Below, piece by piece: positions 15,030-29,194 of a stretch of DNA of 64,000 nt; within the stretch, counting starts at the first letter, position 1, and every line of letters begins with the position of its first letter. The translations under genes and the position numbers were made by a program. The stretch lies in assembly GCA_977030845.1 (NCBI GenBank), contig OZ365116.1, positions 17,298,001 to 17,362,000 on the forward strand, written 5' to 3'. Under the pieces are notes generated by a model, which saw nothing but the letters and a program-made list of their open reading frames with translations, had not been told where the DNA came from and searched no databases. This DNA is from Fimbriosthenelais zetlandica (Eukaryota).

Positions 15030-15270
15030 CTAGTCCTTCCTCCCCTTCTGTCCTTCCCCTCCCCACCCCCGTCTTCCTTCCACACCGTCCCTTTATCCCA
15101 CCCTTCACCCATACCCTTCCATCGTATACCACGCCCCATGATTCCTTTACTCAAATACTCACCTTATCTCTATTCTCTTTCACCCATTTCCTTTCCCTTG
15201 CCTTTTATCTCCATCTAATCCGACTTATCCCTCCCTTCTTCCCCCACCCAATCCTCCTCCTTCACCTTGT
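15030..15270. repeat. Pyrimidine-rich (C/T) low-complexity block; G-rich on minus strand
   Basis: Dense CCC/CCT/TCC runs across ~240 bp. Confidence 0.75.
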
Positions 15271-16206
15271 GAAAATATTTCTCCATCTTGAGACATGAGA
15301 GTGTCTGCCTATAGCTTTTATCTCATTAAGATTGAGACGGGGAACAATATCCTCACATCTAAACGCAGGTGATCTAAGCTGGAGGTGATCTCAAAAGCTG
15401 CATTCTATAGTGTAAAAACATCTCCAGAGGAATGCCTGGAAGCCAGACAGAAAAGATGGACTGGCCGTGAGTTAATCCGAGCTGAACAATGGCCTGCCAG
15501 CCCTCAGAGTAATCCAGGCTGCCCTGATTGTATTAGACTGCTAACACGTTACAATACTCTACAATACAGCGAGTACTCTCAGTGTAGGGCCGACACCCCC
15601 CTTGATGGTGAACCCCCGTCATCTCGGCGGGGTATCTTCCCACTGTCCACGAGGTGAGCGATGCTTGACTGGTGGTGACCAATGGTCAGTATAATTGACC
15701 TACCTGAGCTGAGCCGAGACACACTAGGTTGGTACATCCTGCCATTCTTATGTAGCCTGGCTTTTGAAACACTCACAAGTGGCCGTGCTTACACCCGCGC
15801 CAGCAGCCCCCTCCGCTGGCCAGAAGCCAGATCAGAGAAGCCACCCTTGAAGCCACATTCAATATTCATGTCCTGCCCCCTCACTCCAAACAACTACGCC
15901 CAGGGCCAATTCATTCCCAGCATTTCCTGCTTAGACTCGGGGGGATCACCCTCCAGTTCATCCTCCCGAGCTGTGCTCCTTCACCGTGAGTCCGAAAAAA
16001 CAACTTTAATCCTGTGGAAAATCAATGTGGGTAAGCTCAGAGCTGCATGGCTGACCAAGGTGGTATTGCCAGGGTCCCTTCAGCTTCCAGGGATAAACGG
16101 CAAGGTCTCTGTAGCCAGGCCCAGGCGCTGTTAAATCATCTAAACCTCAGCCAAAGAACAGCCGCATAACTTCTCATATCGCTTGTCAGTACGGCTAATA
16201 TGACAC

Positions 16207-16232
16207 TTTCCTGCACAGCTTTCCTGCACAGC
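16207..16232 (+). repeat. Perfect 13-bp tandem duplication
   Basis: tttcctgcacagc x2. Confidence 0.9.
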
Positions 16233-19200
16233 GATCCTGGATCTATCTCCATGGATATCAGGAGAAATAAGCCCGAGAGAGGGAGGGAGGGAGGGAAGGA
16301 GAGGAGGGAGGGTATCATTCAACATGTTTTAGAGATATCGTGTTTGTAAAATCAGGATGCTGTTGTAGAAAGGTTGAGAGTAGAGTTTTCCATGCAGGTC
16401 GTTGATCATTTAGTGGAATCAATAATTCACCCAGCGCTTGCTGTGGGTATTAAATCCCCAGAGATGAGTGAGGAAGCAAGCGGGGATTAAATCAATTCAT
16501 ATGATTAAATCCATTCTCAGAGAGAAGTAATTATCCCGGGTAATTAACAGGATCTAACTTATCAGTAACCTACAGTAGATCAGTACCTAAAGGAGCTATT
16601 TTTTTTAAACATACGAGTTAGTACAACTTAGCTCACATATGCCAGTAATTACACATTCCTTTATCTATATCACGGAGATAATTAAACTCGGGAAAAAGGT
16701 TTTACGAGACAACTTGGCATGGAAACAATGAATTTTTCATTCATATTATTTGGATGAGTTGGTGATCACTTCCCCTAGGGCAATTTTCATTTCTATACTT
16801 CAAAAGAAAATATATTCTCTACCAGATAACTCCTTATTCATTAACTAAGTCAGTTACAGACAACGCATCGCAACGAACAAATATATATATGCTGAGCAAT
16901 ACTCTATGCAAAAGATTAGAATATTATGGATGAGGTAGCACATAAACTGAAAATGTAAGAGCGCAGCAATAAATAATTGACAGAATTGGACATGGATTCC
17001 TTAGGCCGCTAAGATAGTTTTATACAGCACATTAAGTCACTTTGCGCCTTTCTGAGGCACTGCATAAAAACTGGTCCAATCTATGAGTCTTGGGTCTTGC
17101 ATCTTGTGCATAATTCACTAGCATTTTATCTCTGAGAAGCGAGCTACCGAATGATAGCAGGGAGAGTTAAGGGCATTACTTCATAGTCTGTCAACTGTTG
17201 AATTCTCAGCACAATGTATCATCCAATCAGAAATGCATCATTGATGTCTTGGGAATTACACTTTCATGATAGAAGCAGTTTTTAAAAGCAGGACTTGTTA
17301 TTTTTAGCTACAGATGAAAAACAAGGGCTTGATTAGTTTTGAAGGTTCATCAGGAATAATTCCCTTGTGAAGAGGTCTGATTTAGGGCTTGGGATTTGCA
17401 GGCAGCCTTAATGATGATAATTATGACGTGTACATATAATAATTACGGTATGTATTGTGTCAGCTAACTTTAAATCAATACCTCAGTTAATTGAATTTAA
17501 GACAGTTCACCACACGTGTGAGGCTCCTTTAACGCTGGCCATTAAAGCAGTAACTTTGATACTTCAGGTAACACCTGCTTGCCATAATTAGACCGCTCCT
17601 GGCCTCTAGGCCTACAGGTGGTGCCATATGAGGGCACCATTTATATACATTAGCTCTCAGCCACCACTGTCCCAGGGGACACATTGCCAATGGCACCTTA
17701 CATGCCCGTAAACAAGGGCTTTCTGAATTGTACGCTGTTGGGAGGAGTGGAAAGGGCCTGCCTCTAAGGCCTGTCTAGGCGCTAATGCAATGCTGTGTAG
17801 TAGACCAGTGCTTTAGACGAGATCGTCCCCAAAGGAGCGTTCAATCTTGTGCAGTTGGCATGCCAGTGGTGCCCTGGGCCAAATGATATAATAACACAGG
17901 GAGACAGATTTTCAGGCCCTGCGGACCCTTGTGTAAATGATCTGTCCACTTTGAAATGGCACATGGAATACTCGGGGAATGCACAAATAGCAGTAAGCTG
18001 CGATTAACACTTTAAAGGACCATCTCAGGATTGTGACAGGTACATGTCAAATCTATGTCAATACTATTATGCTGGCATTGGACGATCTAGGAAGGCTCAG
18101 ACTTGGACTGCTAACTGGTTGTCCGGGTGGTCTCGACAACGAAAAATTCCTCTGGACAACATTGATAGAAGAGGGACAAACGTTCAAGTGTATTGTCTGG
18201 AAACCTAAAATTCCACCTGACAAGCTTGATCCAAGAGTCAGGAACAGTGCTGCTGTGGTGAGGGTCCACTATACTAGTATATAAGGAAGGATGCATTTTA
18301 TATCTGTTCATGTAAGTTGGATATGGATTAATCTCATGTCAAAGGCAAATTTTACGAGATAACCTCGGCCGATATATTCCAGCTGAGTACCAAAAGCACA
18401 TGAAGGCCATAGCATAGGTCACTTACAGATTTATACCAGACATATTGTCCATAATCAATATCATGGTAATTCATTTCAAAAGGAATACCATTGACAAGGC
18501 TGCCAATAAACATTCATTACATTTAGATAAATACCTAGACCAGGTGGGTTTTCCAACTGATATTTAACCAACAACTTTCCTAGGGAACCTGATCCTGCAG
18601 CCACGCTTTAAAGAAACTGTACATAAATTTGCATTAAAGTGTTTTACAGGTTTGGCAAACGATGGGCGACGTAGGAAAGAATGGAGACAAAGACAGATGA
18701 ATGGGACGTGACCATACAAGAAGTAAATGGAATTTGCAGCAGGTAACATCTGGTGAACAATTATTTCCTCTTTGTACCTGCCCCATCCTCTGTGATTAGA
18801 TTCTTCCTCTTTGCCGGATTCATTTAGAAATGAATGAGTTATGAGGCCAGCAGTTATTTTTGCTGCCTCGTCTGGTAATGGAAGTGGATGAACATAAATG
18901 AGTTGAGTATTATATTGTACTTCATCCACAATTCATAGTCTGCCCGGGGAGGGAGCAATATTAAAACACTGGCTATTGATATACAGTCCTATCTAGAGCT
19001 AATAGGCATATTAACAAAGTGAATAGAAGTTGCTAATTAGTAAAATATTATATCAAGCTGCTTAAAAAAGGTAGCTGCAATTATATATCCATCTGGAATA
19101 AGATGAAATATCACCCAGAAACGGACACAAACTGACCATATTTGTCCATTTTAAAGATCCAGGAGATTCGATTTCCATGTCTTTAGCAGCCAACATTTTT

Positions 19201-22200
19201 CTAACGGAGAAACTCAATTATATTTTTAACTGCAGGGACGAGGTATTCCGACACCAATTCAAAGAATTGTCAGCATCAATCGATGTTTATGCGCAGTGAA
19301 TTCATGAGAGTTGAAGCCATCTAGCTACCACTAGCTTTGAAATGAAATAATAAAAATTGAAGAACTGCTTTGAATTCATTAATCTGTACAGACTTCAGTG
19401 TGAATCTGTCTGTGAGATGAATGAGTTGTGGGGAGGATTGATAATGTAGCTGAAGTGTGCTATGGTCTGTTAGATTGCTCCTGATAACATCTCCACTTGA
19501 TTGGCTCCCCTGATAAATTAACACCCGCGTAATATGGTGAATATAAATCTTGTCTTTTTTCTGCATCACTGAAGTATGGCATACTTGGAGGTGACAGAAT
19601 GGGTGACAAACTAGTACTAACAGGGTATGCATTGATCAAGACACGGACTGCTCGTGCTAATCACTCTGACAAATGAGACCAATAAGTAGGCAGGAGAGGG
19701 CTGTAGTAGAGACCCGGGCAGACCCCTCCAGTCCATGTGGTGGAGGAGTGACACAGACTTGCTAGTTTGTAGCAGGCATCGATCCACGCTGCTATAAGAC
19801 AGTCTCAATTAAAGTTACAGGGGGTGTTAAAACGACGAGCAACAGTTCAGTAGCTCACTGACCCCAGACAGAAAGACCATGACCTGAAGCAAACATGGCT
19901 ACTGTAGATACGATGAGAGAAAGGTAAAATATGCTGACGTGATTGGATCAGACAGGGCAGGGTTGTTTATATAGAGCTAATCGAAGTGACCTTTGTGAGC
20001 TATCCTTTACGGTATTGACCACTACACACCCACTGGTCTCATCCATAATGAATGCCTCCATGCTGGTGACCTTGTTTGATGGCCTTTTACTGATCAATCA
20101 TAGCAACATCAGAGCACAAGATGGCCAGGTGGCACCACCACAAATCAATGCTCCCCGCGCCTTCAGTAACCAGATCGCTACTAGTAAGAGGAAGCTCCCA
20201 AACCTGCTCACCATATTCTCAGCTGACCGGCTCCTCAAGTTTTCTCACTTGAGATTCACTCAATAGATGGAGCGCTGGGAGTGGCATATATCACATGGTG
20301 TCCAGGGGTGGTGGTCAACATCTGGAACACAGCACGATGGGCTGTCACGTGTGTGGTCACATGGGACAATGCAAATCATGTGATGAAGGAGGATACAATG
20401 GGTGGACAAACATGGAACATCCAGGCAAGACTGATTGAAGAAGAGGTTACAGAAAACCTCAAGGAGATTGGACTAGGAAAAACGAAATAAATGGAATGCA
20501 CAAAGGAGACAAATTGCAAGGAATTTAAGAGGAAACGGGAAGGACAAACTCATTTGGTCCTAATTTTGAAGAATCCGGAGCCAGAGGAAATGCTTGAGGA
20601 AGAAAAGATGCTGCAAGACATCAGAAGATTACCTAATGTGTAGAAGGGTCATTTAAAAACCTTTTATTGTTTGTAAGTACTTTCTAGAAGACCAAAGGCC
20701 AGGGACACAAAAAATAAAACGCAGGTCCCTGAAGGATCTAAGGTTTCCTTCCGCTACAAAGATGTCGAAAGAAGTCTATAGTAGAGGAGCTCCCAGCTTG
20801 ATAAAGGGATCGAAATCCTAATAAGCCGAGAAGAAGAGGCACAGCTGAGACAGACAGCAGAAAGGAGGGTGCTGTGTGCATGCAAGACATGGCCCAACAA
20901 TAGTATGTGGGAATAGCATCACACCTAGCATGTATATTGGCCGATCACCCACCACCAGCCTCTATATCTATATAATATGTTTTATAGCTTCTCTCCCTAC
21001 TAATCCCCTCCAGCTCCTCACGTGCCATCAAGTGAATTGCTCCTCTAAATTAGATTCATTCCCACACGTCCCTGGTTACAGCATAGGAAAAATTCCCTCT
21101 CAAAGCATCTTTAATTAGTAGAGTAATGTTGTTAGAATCCATGTCTCCCTGGGGATATGGAAAGTATCAGGCATAGCGACCAATTTTATGTCTCTTACAA
21201 TGTATTATGTACATACATATATAACATTAGCAGAACTTAAAGTCATATTAGTTGGCCAACAGTATGAGACCCCCTGATTAAATATTAAGTCTATATTATC
21301 TTCATAAGATTAAATTAAATATATGACACTGTTCACATATCAAAAACAATGCCATTTAATACGGCAATCTCCGAGCCATGCCTAGAGGGTTTCCCACTGA
21401 AAGTCGTCTAAAATACAAGGTAACAGAGAGAGCAACAGAGCAGCTGCTGCTCAGACTAGGAGCGAATTAACTCAGACTGAAATATGACTGTGTCCTACTC
21501 CTAGGTAATGGAAAGCCATTAATTCAACATCTTTGTGAAAGCTTGTGCACCATGAGCCACCACCCCCAACTAAACCCAGCCGCCCTCATGATGAAACTAT
21601 TCACACACGCTCCTCGTCAATGAAGCTCAAATGATCATCAATGGACAATCAAAACCATACTGCTACATTATGAAGAATTTCATTTGAGATTATCGAAAAT
21701 GGTATGCCAATGCAATCAGTTTGTGTCACACTTTATTTAGAAACAATTTAAGGAATAATTATATTGAGTTAATTTATTCCATGCGGTATTTACCTCAGAA
21801 GGCATGTGGGGTACATTTGTGGGTTGTGGCTTTCCTCCTAATTAAAGCAAGATTAAAGCCAAATTTGAACCACAATTCACAGCAAAATGCCATGCAAAAT
21901 CATACGCCAGAGGAAATGCAGCAGCCTGAACTAGTTTTACGCCTCGCAAAAGCCCTTTAGGGAACAGATCATGTGTGCCTATTTCAAATTCATTCACTAC
22001 CCCTGTGGATGGGCCAATTGAAAGGAAACTGTACCAGGTTGTAAATTCTATAAGCCTTTTTTTCATCCTTTCATTTCAATCCACCTAGCAACGCCCAGCC
22101 ATTAAACTAAGGTTTTGTGCTGGAATTGCCGTCAGCACGCGAACCATACTCTACATACCCACAAGTAATGTAGTAATGTGAGAGGTTGTTTTCCTAAAAG

Positions 22201-23229
22201 ATAATACAATTTTCATCCTTTCAGAAAATGACATTATTTGATAAGGTACGTGAGATGACTAGCAAAGTGCATAAATGAAATCATGGGAGGAATCGTAGTG
22301 GAAAAGAAACATTACATATGATACGCTTATGCGAACAGTGAGGTAAATCATGGAAATATCTTCAACATAAAAGCCAAAATATAGAAACAATGATAAAGCA
22401 CCCTTCATATACATTAGATATAGAGGTAGGATATAAATCTACAGATTGATGTTGGTCCTCTAGTGTGGTTGGACAATAGTATGGACTGTAGGAATGATCA
22501 ATAATTGTGAACAGACATTTGTTCTAGAAGCCAAGAGTTGGCACTACATATAATAAATCTAACCCTGCCACTTATCAAGCTAGCCTAGCTAGATCTCAGG
22601 GATGAATTACATTACATATAGACCATGCCAGGCAAATGATGGATGTATGTAGGCACAGTGTAATCTGTAATGTAGCGTGTGGGACAGAGAGGATATGACA
22701 GGAGTCATATCTGATAGAGAATGATATTGATATCTAGACATTAGGGTAACATGACCCTAAAGACTGCTACTATCCATGAGATTATAGGGTGTACCTGATT
22801 GTAGGGCCTTTGTGCCATACAGCGGAATGAAAGGACAGCAAAGGATGATAAAAGTCCCAAGGAAATATATGAGTTTTCAATAGGGAGATTTCGCTTCGCC
22901 AAAATTAATAATTTTGAACATTAATAAATCCCCAGGGAAAGTTATTTGGGACATTTTTGTCATATTAATGCCTTAAGAAAGACCAAATATTTCTGCAAAA
23001 AATTGACTCTGCCTCGTCAGAGCCGGTGGCTATAGATGATGGAATCTTGGGTATTTTTGGCAGCCGGGAAGTTTGCACTAGGGGATTGGCATTAAAAGCT
23101 TGAGTGGAGTGGGTGAGGGTGTAAGGCGGACATGACTTAAAGACGGGGTTGGCCTGCCTCATTGCTTGCCTATAGTATGCATTATTGACGAATCTATCCG
23201 GCAATCATTGCTGCCATGACCCACTTATA

Positions 23230-23550
23230 ATGGTGTGAGAGGGCCTGAGAAAGAGAAGGATGAAGAGGCATTATCAGGCTGAGAGATGGATGGAGATGCT
23301 TAGAGAGGGGGATGAGAGGCACGGAAACAAGCTGAGAGAAAGAATGAGGAAGAGACTGAGAGAGAAGCCAGGGACGGATACAAGCTGAGGTCTGAAATAT
23401 ACTGACATGGAAAAAGGTCAGAGACGCATGGAAAGCGAAATGACCTAAAAAGAGAAGGTAGTTAAAAGTTCTAAATGTGAAAGGATGACATCAACAGATA
23501 AATAGACACGGTAGACAGACAGATACCCCGACAGATAGGAAGGAACAGAA
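23230..23550 (+). repeat. Purine-rich low-complexity block (charged coding relic)
   Basis: GA-rich; e.g. GPEKEKDEEALSG and RKQAERRMRKRLREK in a plus frame. Confidence 0.5.
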
Positions 23551-26500
23551 TGAGAAATTGGGATTCTATAGTGTACATGTATATATGTTTGGAACAACTA
23601 GGTGAGGCACTAAGTGATATCGATGGTAAAGCTACGTGTGGGGGCTTCATAGAAGGTTTAGGGTCTTAGGGTTCTTTACCAAACACACACTAGTATAGCC
23701 TCTCATATTGGCTCTTTGAAATCCTGCATCTAAAGAGACATAGGTCTGCATGGACAGCAGTAATGCTCTGCAACTAATGGGATAAATATGATAGAAAAGT
23801 TACAGGCATACAAAAACCAATAAGCCAAACGAGGAGAATACGATTTGTACTAGGCGTTTGGCAGGGGAACATTAATGAACGAATAATGAATGTTACAAGA
23901 AACAATCGTTCATAATTAAGGGCCTAATTATGGCTAACACATTCCCATGATGGCCATTTTTTCCAGTTATTCAGGAAAAGAATTATTACATGCCTGCACC
24001 ACCACTTGTAATTTCGATGGTGTGTTTTATAACAAATTTAAAAACAAAATCAAGTTAGTTAAGTTGCTGGGATTGTCCTGCAGGGAGGCAGTCTTCTCCA
24101 CACTACAGTTAACTTTGTATTAAAAAAAACTTGGATACAAAAGTCGCAGTGTTTAAGAAAAGAATCGAGCTTGTATTATTGATAACTAATTAGTTGGAGG
24201 ACGTTGTCACCAGTTGGCATTTGTCATAAAAACCCAGGGATCCTGCCAAAGAAAATGACTTTGAGTAGTGTGCATCCAGGTTGTTGATCACTGGAGGAGA
24301 CCTGTGGCCACTAAATGGGGCTATACCAGTGATGGATGGTACTAATACGTAGGCATCCATATTGATGTCAGAATACCAGATACCCTCTGCTGCCAATTTC
24401 CTCACCCTACTGACAAAGATGTCAATTAGCTCCTCTGTGGAGACAAGCTGCCTTACCTGTCATTTACTACCAATCAGCCATTAGTGAAAACAAAGAAGTG
24501 TCATTGACGATCAAAAGACAAGGTCAGTCACGGCAATTAAAGGGCCTATAGTGGCGTTGTCAAACGGCACATTGTTTTGGTAGTAATAAATAACTACACA
24601 CCATAACCCGGCTTGTATAAATATCCGGTCTTGTAGAATATATTAAAGGTACCGGTACGTCTATCAGGCTTCAGATTTAATGGGGGCGAGCAGAACAGGG
24701 GAAGCAGGTTTCATGTGGACTTCAACTCACCCAACGCCTCTAGTTTCTACATGACAATCATCGCCAATTTGCTGAATTATGCCAGGTTCAAGTAGCTTGT
24801 CAAGACAGCAGGGTATACAAAATGAATGCAAAATGGACTGGCATTTCCTGTGAAATTAAATTTGCATATAAGCATACATGTATAAGGGTCCTTGTCATTG
24901 GATCTCCAAGGGTCTTGAGACCAAAATACCAACAGATGTGTTGTTTCTTGTCCGAAAAGCAAGACATTCAGCTTAAGACATAATTTCTCATGGTAACAAT
25001 TTCCATAATCTCTAAATGTCAATGCAATAAATAAAAGAAAGCTTCTCCAACAGAATTATGACATGTTTTGGGACAATCAATCAATCAATCGACCACACTC
25101 ATTAATGCATATTTGTTCAAACAACGCAATCTGCATAATGGATTAAGATGAAATCTGCATGACTAATGGTCACCACTACTGCGATTGCTTCGAAAAGCAC
25201 CTTCTTGTCGTTTTCAAATTCCCACAACAAAGATTAAATCAGCCTTGTCAAATGACATTTTTTTAAAACTCTGACATTACATTTATTTCACACATTGTAT
25301 TGCACAGTGCCTCTTGACAATAGATGGGTGGAATACGACACGTTATGGAACATTATTGGTACTGTCACATTCCTGACTCAGGCATCACAATGTACCTGCC
25401 TACCCATGGCAGCTAACAGATGCTTTATCTGCAAATACAACCAGAATACAGACAGACTACTCGAACAATGCATAACAAATAGACAAATAGATCCTTTTCT
25501 AGACTTGCTCACTTCTTTTCAACAGCGTAATAGCCATCCAATTGCCTGACATCTTGAATTTCAACATCAGGCTACTGTGAAAGAAGTATTTGACATCTGG
25601 CACTTTGAAACGCAGCAATTGATAGGGAGCCATAGAGCATGGTGCTGATGATGAAGGCTGGCCTGTTGTCTGGGAAGCCACTTAGGAAGCCATTTTCACC
25701 ATGCACCTCCTCTCCAAGCATGCCTGAAGGCTGAAGCTGAAGGAAATAAATGCATGTAAACAGCATTATCCATCACTCCTCACCAAACAACGCCCCTGAG
25801 TAAACCCACGTGTCATTTTGTTTGCTTCTTATATTTGCAGCCAGGTACACGAAGGTCAGATTCATGGTTCTACACCATTCACCTTTATATTCTGTATTTT
25901 ACTTTCTTTAAGACATATCTACCTTTTAATTTCAATGTGAAATCTCCAGTTGGGTAAATGAGAATGCTTTGATAGCTTTGTTGTAAAATTTCACATCACA
26001 ACAGACATCATCGTCTGGCATAAAAAGTTAAATAATAATGATTAGGTTCTCTCATTTAGTGCTTATCAATTGTTGCATTTGACTAGGATAAAGCCAGGTA
26101 AACAATGTGATATTTCACTATTCTTGGAGCTGACACCCATCCCTAATTATGAGGGAATTGTCCGCTTGTAAGCCAGCGGAAAAAACTCGATCCAACAGTG
26201 ATAATTAAAGCTATGACATTTCCAATTTCTTTTAGAGTTGTTATTGGTCCTTAGAACATTGTACGTGCTGTTCCTGCTGGTAATCATCTAACCACAGGCA
26301 GTCTGATTCTTTAATTACAATTAAACAACAGCCATACTTTCAGATGGATCGCACTGGCAAGCATTTATTTCAGTGAGCTAGGATGAAGAGCTAAATAAAC
26401 TCCACCCAAACCTGGATCTATTTGAACTCGGCTCGCTGAGGACTACGATGACAGATCATCCCCTTTGTCAGCTCAACGATTTGTGATTAAAAAATCTATT

Positions 26501-27860
26501 TTAAAAGACTGTTATTTGCCGGTGAAAGGGGGTGAACAACATCCACAAAGTAATTTAGATCTTCTAGTGAGGGAGAAGAGAGGAGATAAACCTAAAGCTG
26601 AGGCGGGAGAAAATGGCCATTTTGCCTGCCTTAAAGACTGCAGTCTAATGAAAGTGGCCAGTAGTGGGATTTCCGCTGGGAGGATACAGATGTGACCTGA
26701 GGACAGGTATGGCCAGCCATCCAACAGTGATTGACCTTTCATGACCATGTTATATCACCATCAAGCATTACCTTAAATGACCATCAATTATCTCATCTTA
26801 TCTCAATGAACCCGCAATTGCACTATTACTAAATAGTATATCCAAATGTCTCATCCACCCACCTTCCTCTCAAGCAAGGACACCAGAACGACAGATTCAT
26901 GGTTTAGCCATCATTAAGCATTTATTACCTGTGCTGCACCTTGTTTGATTGGGCGGTGTTTACAGATGCAAATGCTGAATCAATATGATGTTTCTAGTAT
27001 GGGTAATATAGTAGCCTTAAATTATAATGAAGAATCAGTAGCTATGTGGGGCAAGATCATAGCTTACATCGGTGAATTGATCCTAAGGGACATTGTATGC
27101 ACATTTTTCTGTGAGAAATCTTTAATATTGATTGAGTAGCTAGAGGCTACATGTGTAAGAGCTGTATGTATGGGATGGTATTGCATGTTGTGCTGGAGAA
27201 GGCTATAGGTAGAGTAGAGTGCTCCATTTACTTTCCTCCACCATGGATAGGACTGTTTGCTGAAAACTGTCATCTATCATTAAGCACTTTGCATATTAGA
27301 ATGGGATAGGTCTGTGTGTGAGAAAGGGACATGATCCTGCTAATTGCTATAGGTGACCACTTGCCAGTCTTATACTGGCCTTGATACTGACCAAAGACAA
27401 CCACCTCAGAGACCCAAACCCACCAATCTGCCCCACACAGAAAGCAGTCCATCTATTTGTGTCCGTCTCCAACCAATATAACCACCCCATGTATCAAGAA
27501 GGACATAACCCTGGTTAACGACATGCTTACATTGCATGGAGGCCGGGAACATGATTGAGGATGCCATCAAGGGCCACAATGGTGCTCTTATATCTCCCCA
27601 TATGATTCTTACCTGCCGTCTCACCTTGCCCCTCCCGTCCTGTTGAGCATGCAGTAGGCCCACTGCAGTGCCTTCCTCGTCATCTTTTTGCTCCGTTGGA
27701 CAAACACACAACCAGGCAATAATTTCCCTGCAAGACTTGGAACTCACACTAGCTCCCATGCTGGAATGGTAGTGTTTTCTTGGTGGCGATGGTCACTCTC
27801 GGTACTGTGAGGGTAGGGAGCTATCCCAGACCTTGACCTCTGTAGAGGGAGGAGAAGTTA

Positions 27861-27920
27861 GAGGATGAAGATGATGAAGAAGGGGAGAAGAGACGGAGGG
27901 AGGAGGAGGAGGAGGAGGTA
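27861..27920 (+). pseudogene. Acidic tract relic EDEDDEEGEKRRREEEEEEV, including (GAG)6
   Basis: gag gat gaa gat gat gaa gaa ... gag x6 in one frame, with synonymous variation typical of a coding acidic tract. Confidence 0.5.
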
Positions 27921-29150
27921 TACAGTGTGGCGGTAGGTAACTTACGTAGCGATGTCCCCTTGGTCCAGTGAGGTGAAAAGGGTGGAGTCGCTGTAGCAGT
28001 TACACCGCCAGCACTACTTTAAACCACCCTTCATGGGGCTGCAAAAGCAATTGGGGGAAGCTGGCAAGAGCTGGGATAATGAGAGCCTGATTCTGCCTGG
28101 AAGCAATCAGGTAAGAGGAGTAGTGGGTGACCAGCAAATCCTGCATGTATGCAATAAACCATCCTCAGCTTTCCAGTTTACATTGCCATCGCAAATAACA
28201 TCATGAGAGTAATATCCAAACCGGCCTGTCTCGATAAGCACCGTAGACAGTTTTGGCAATGGATCAGGGGGTGATTTGGCCAGGACAGATGTGAGACGGG
28301 AGAAGCGCTCTCCATGCAGCCTCCCGCAGCACAGCCCGTATGGCAGTATTTCTAGAGCAGCTCCCTCCAGCTTGCAGATCGATGGAACCTGCTCATCACA
28401 AACTGTTGGAGGTAACAATCACACAGCTCAGACCTGACTGGTGCAAGTAACTCCATGTGCCATCGTCCAAATGGAGCACCCTGACACCTCATATACGTAC
28501 TAACTCCCTCCTACTCCAATCCTTCACTAAAATGTCCTTATCAATGGATGCAGTTCTTCTCTTGAAGAGATGATAGACACTTAAGCCTATTTGCCTAATG
28601 GGTTTACCTTTCTAAATGCTTTAGGTAATCGAAGTACTGTCCTAGGAGACAAGTAAATGGTACATCCCAGCCTATCTCCCTTTCATGGATTGATCAATGC
28701 CATGAGTTGAGTTTTTTCCATGCACCTGCAATATGGTGCTGCAAAAACAGCTGCAGCTCTTCGTCTGTAGTGCTGGTGCCTTCTGTGGTATTGCACCTAT
28801 AGTAATATGTATGTATCCACACCTCTAGGAGGGTATAGTGGTACCCTGGTGTACAGGTGATAGTGCGGTCACCGCTGTATCCGCATCATGTACAGTGGTC
28901 CACAAATCTCCCCTCCTGGCACCAGCACCAGGTGCAAGACAACCCCCACCACCAGTCCTCAGCCTTTACCTTCTTAACAAAAATCCAAGCACTTTAGATG
29001 TACAAGCGTGAGAAGAGTATTGGGATTAAAAGTCACTCAAGATCCATGGGTCACTGAACCGAGGTAAGAAGATCCGGTGATGAGTCAGTAATTGTTTCTG
29101 GGAGAAAAGTGGGGGGTTTCCTGTCCTCTGACTGCAAAGGAATGCTGGCA

Positions 29151-29194
29151 GTGGTGGTGTGGTGGTGGTGGTGGTGGTGGTGGTGGGTGGTGGG
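29151..29194. repeat. (GGT)n microsatellite; poly-Thr or poly-His on minus strand
   Basis: Near-perfect GGT repeat; minus ORF 29026..29370 reads PPPTTTTTTTTTPP. Confidence 0.9.

Noticed and set aside
16745-16780. Reverse transcriptase YLDD-like YLDELVITS
   Set aside because: No upstream PFGL/NAP motif or downstream KC..F..V.YLG at gypsy spacing.
21601-21640. Walker B-like HTLLVNEAQ
   Set aside because: Two stops lie immediately upstream in that frame; another plus frame starting at ~21378 reads more continuously; no Walker A nearby.
23658-23671. Telomeric TTAGGG repeats (herpesvirus-style integration signal)
   Set aside because: Only two non-adjacent hexamers; expected by chance.
28020-28160. 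RINGv-like CRIC...CFC (minus)
   Set aside because: Spacing is wrong and the conserved His is missing.
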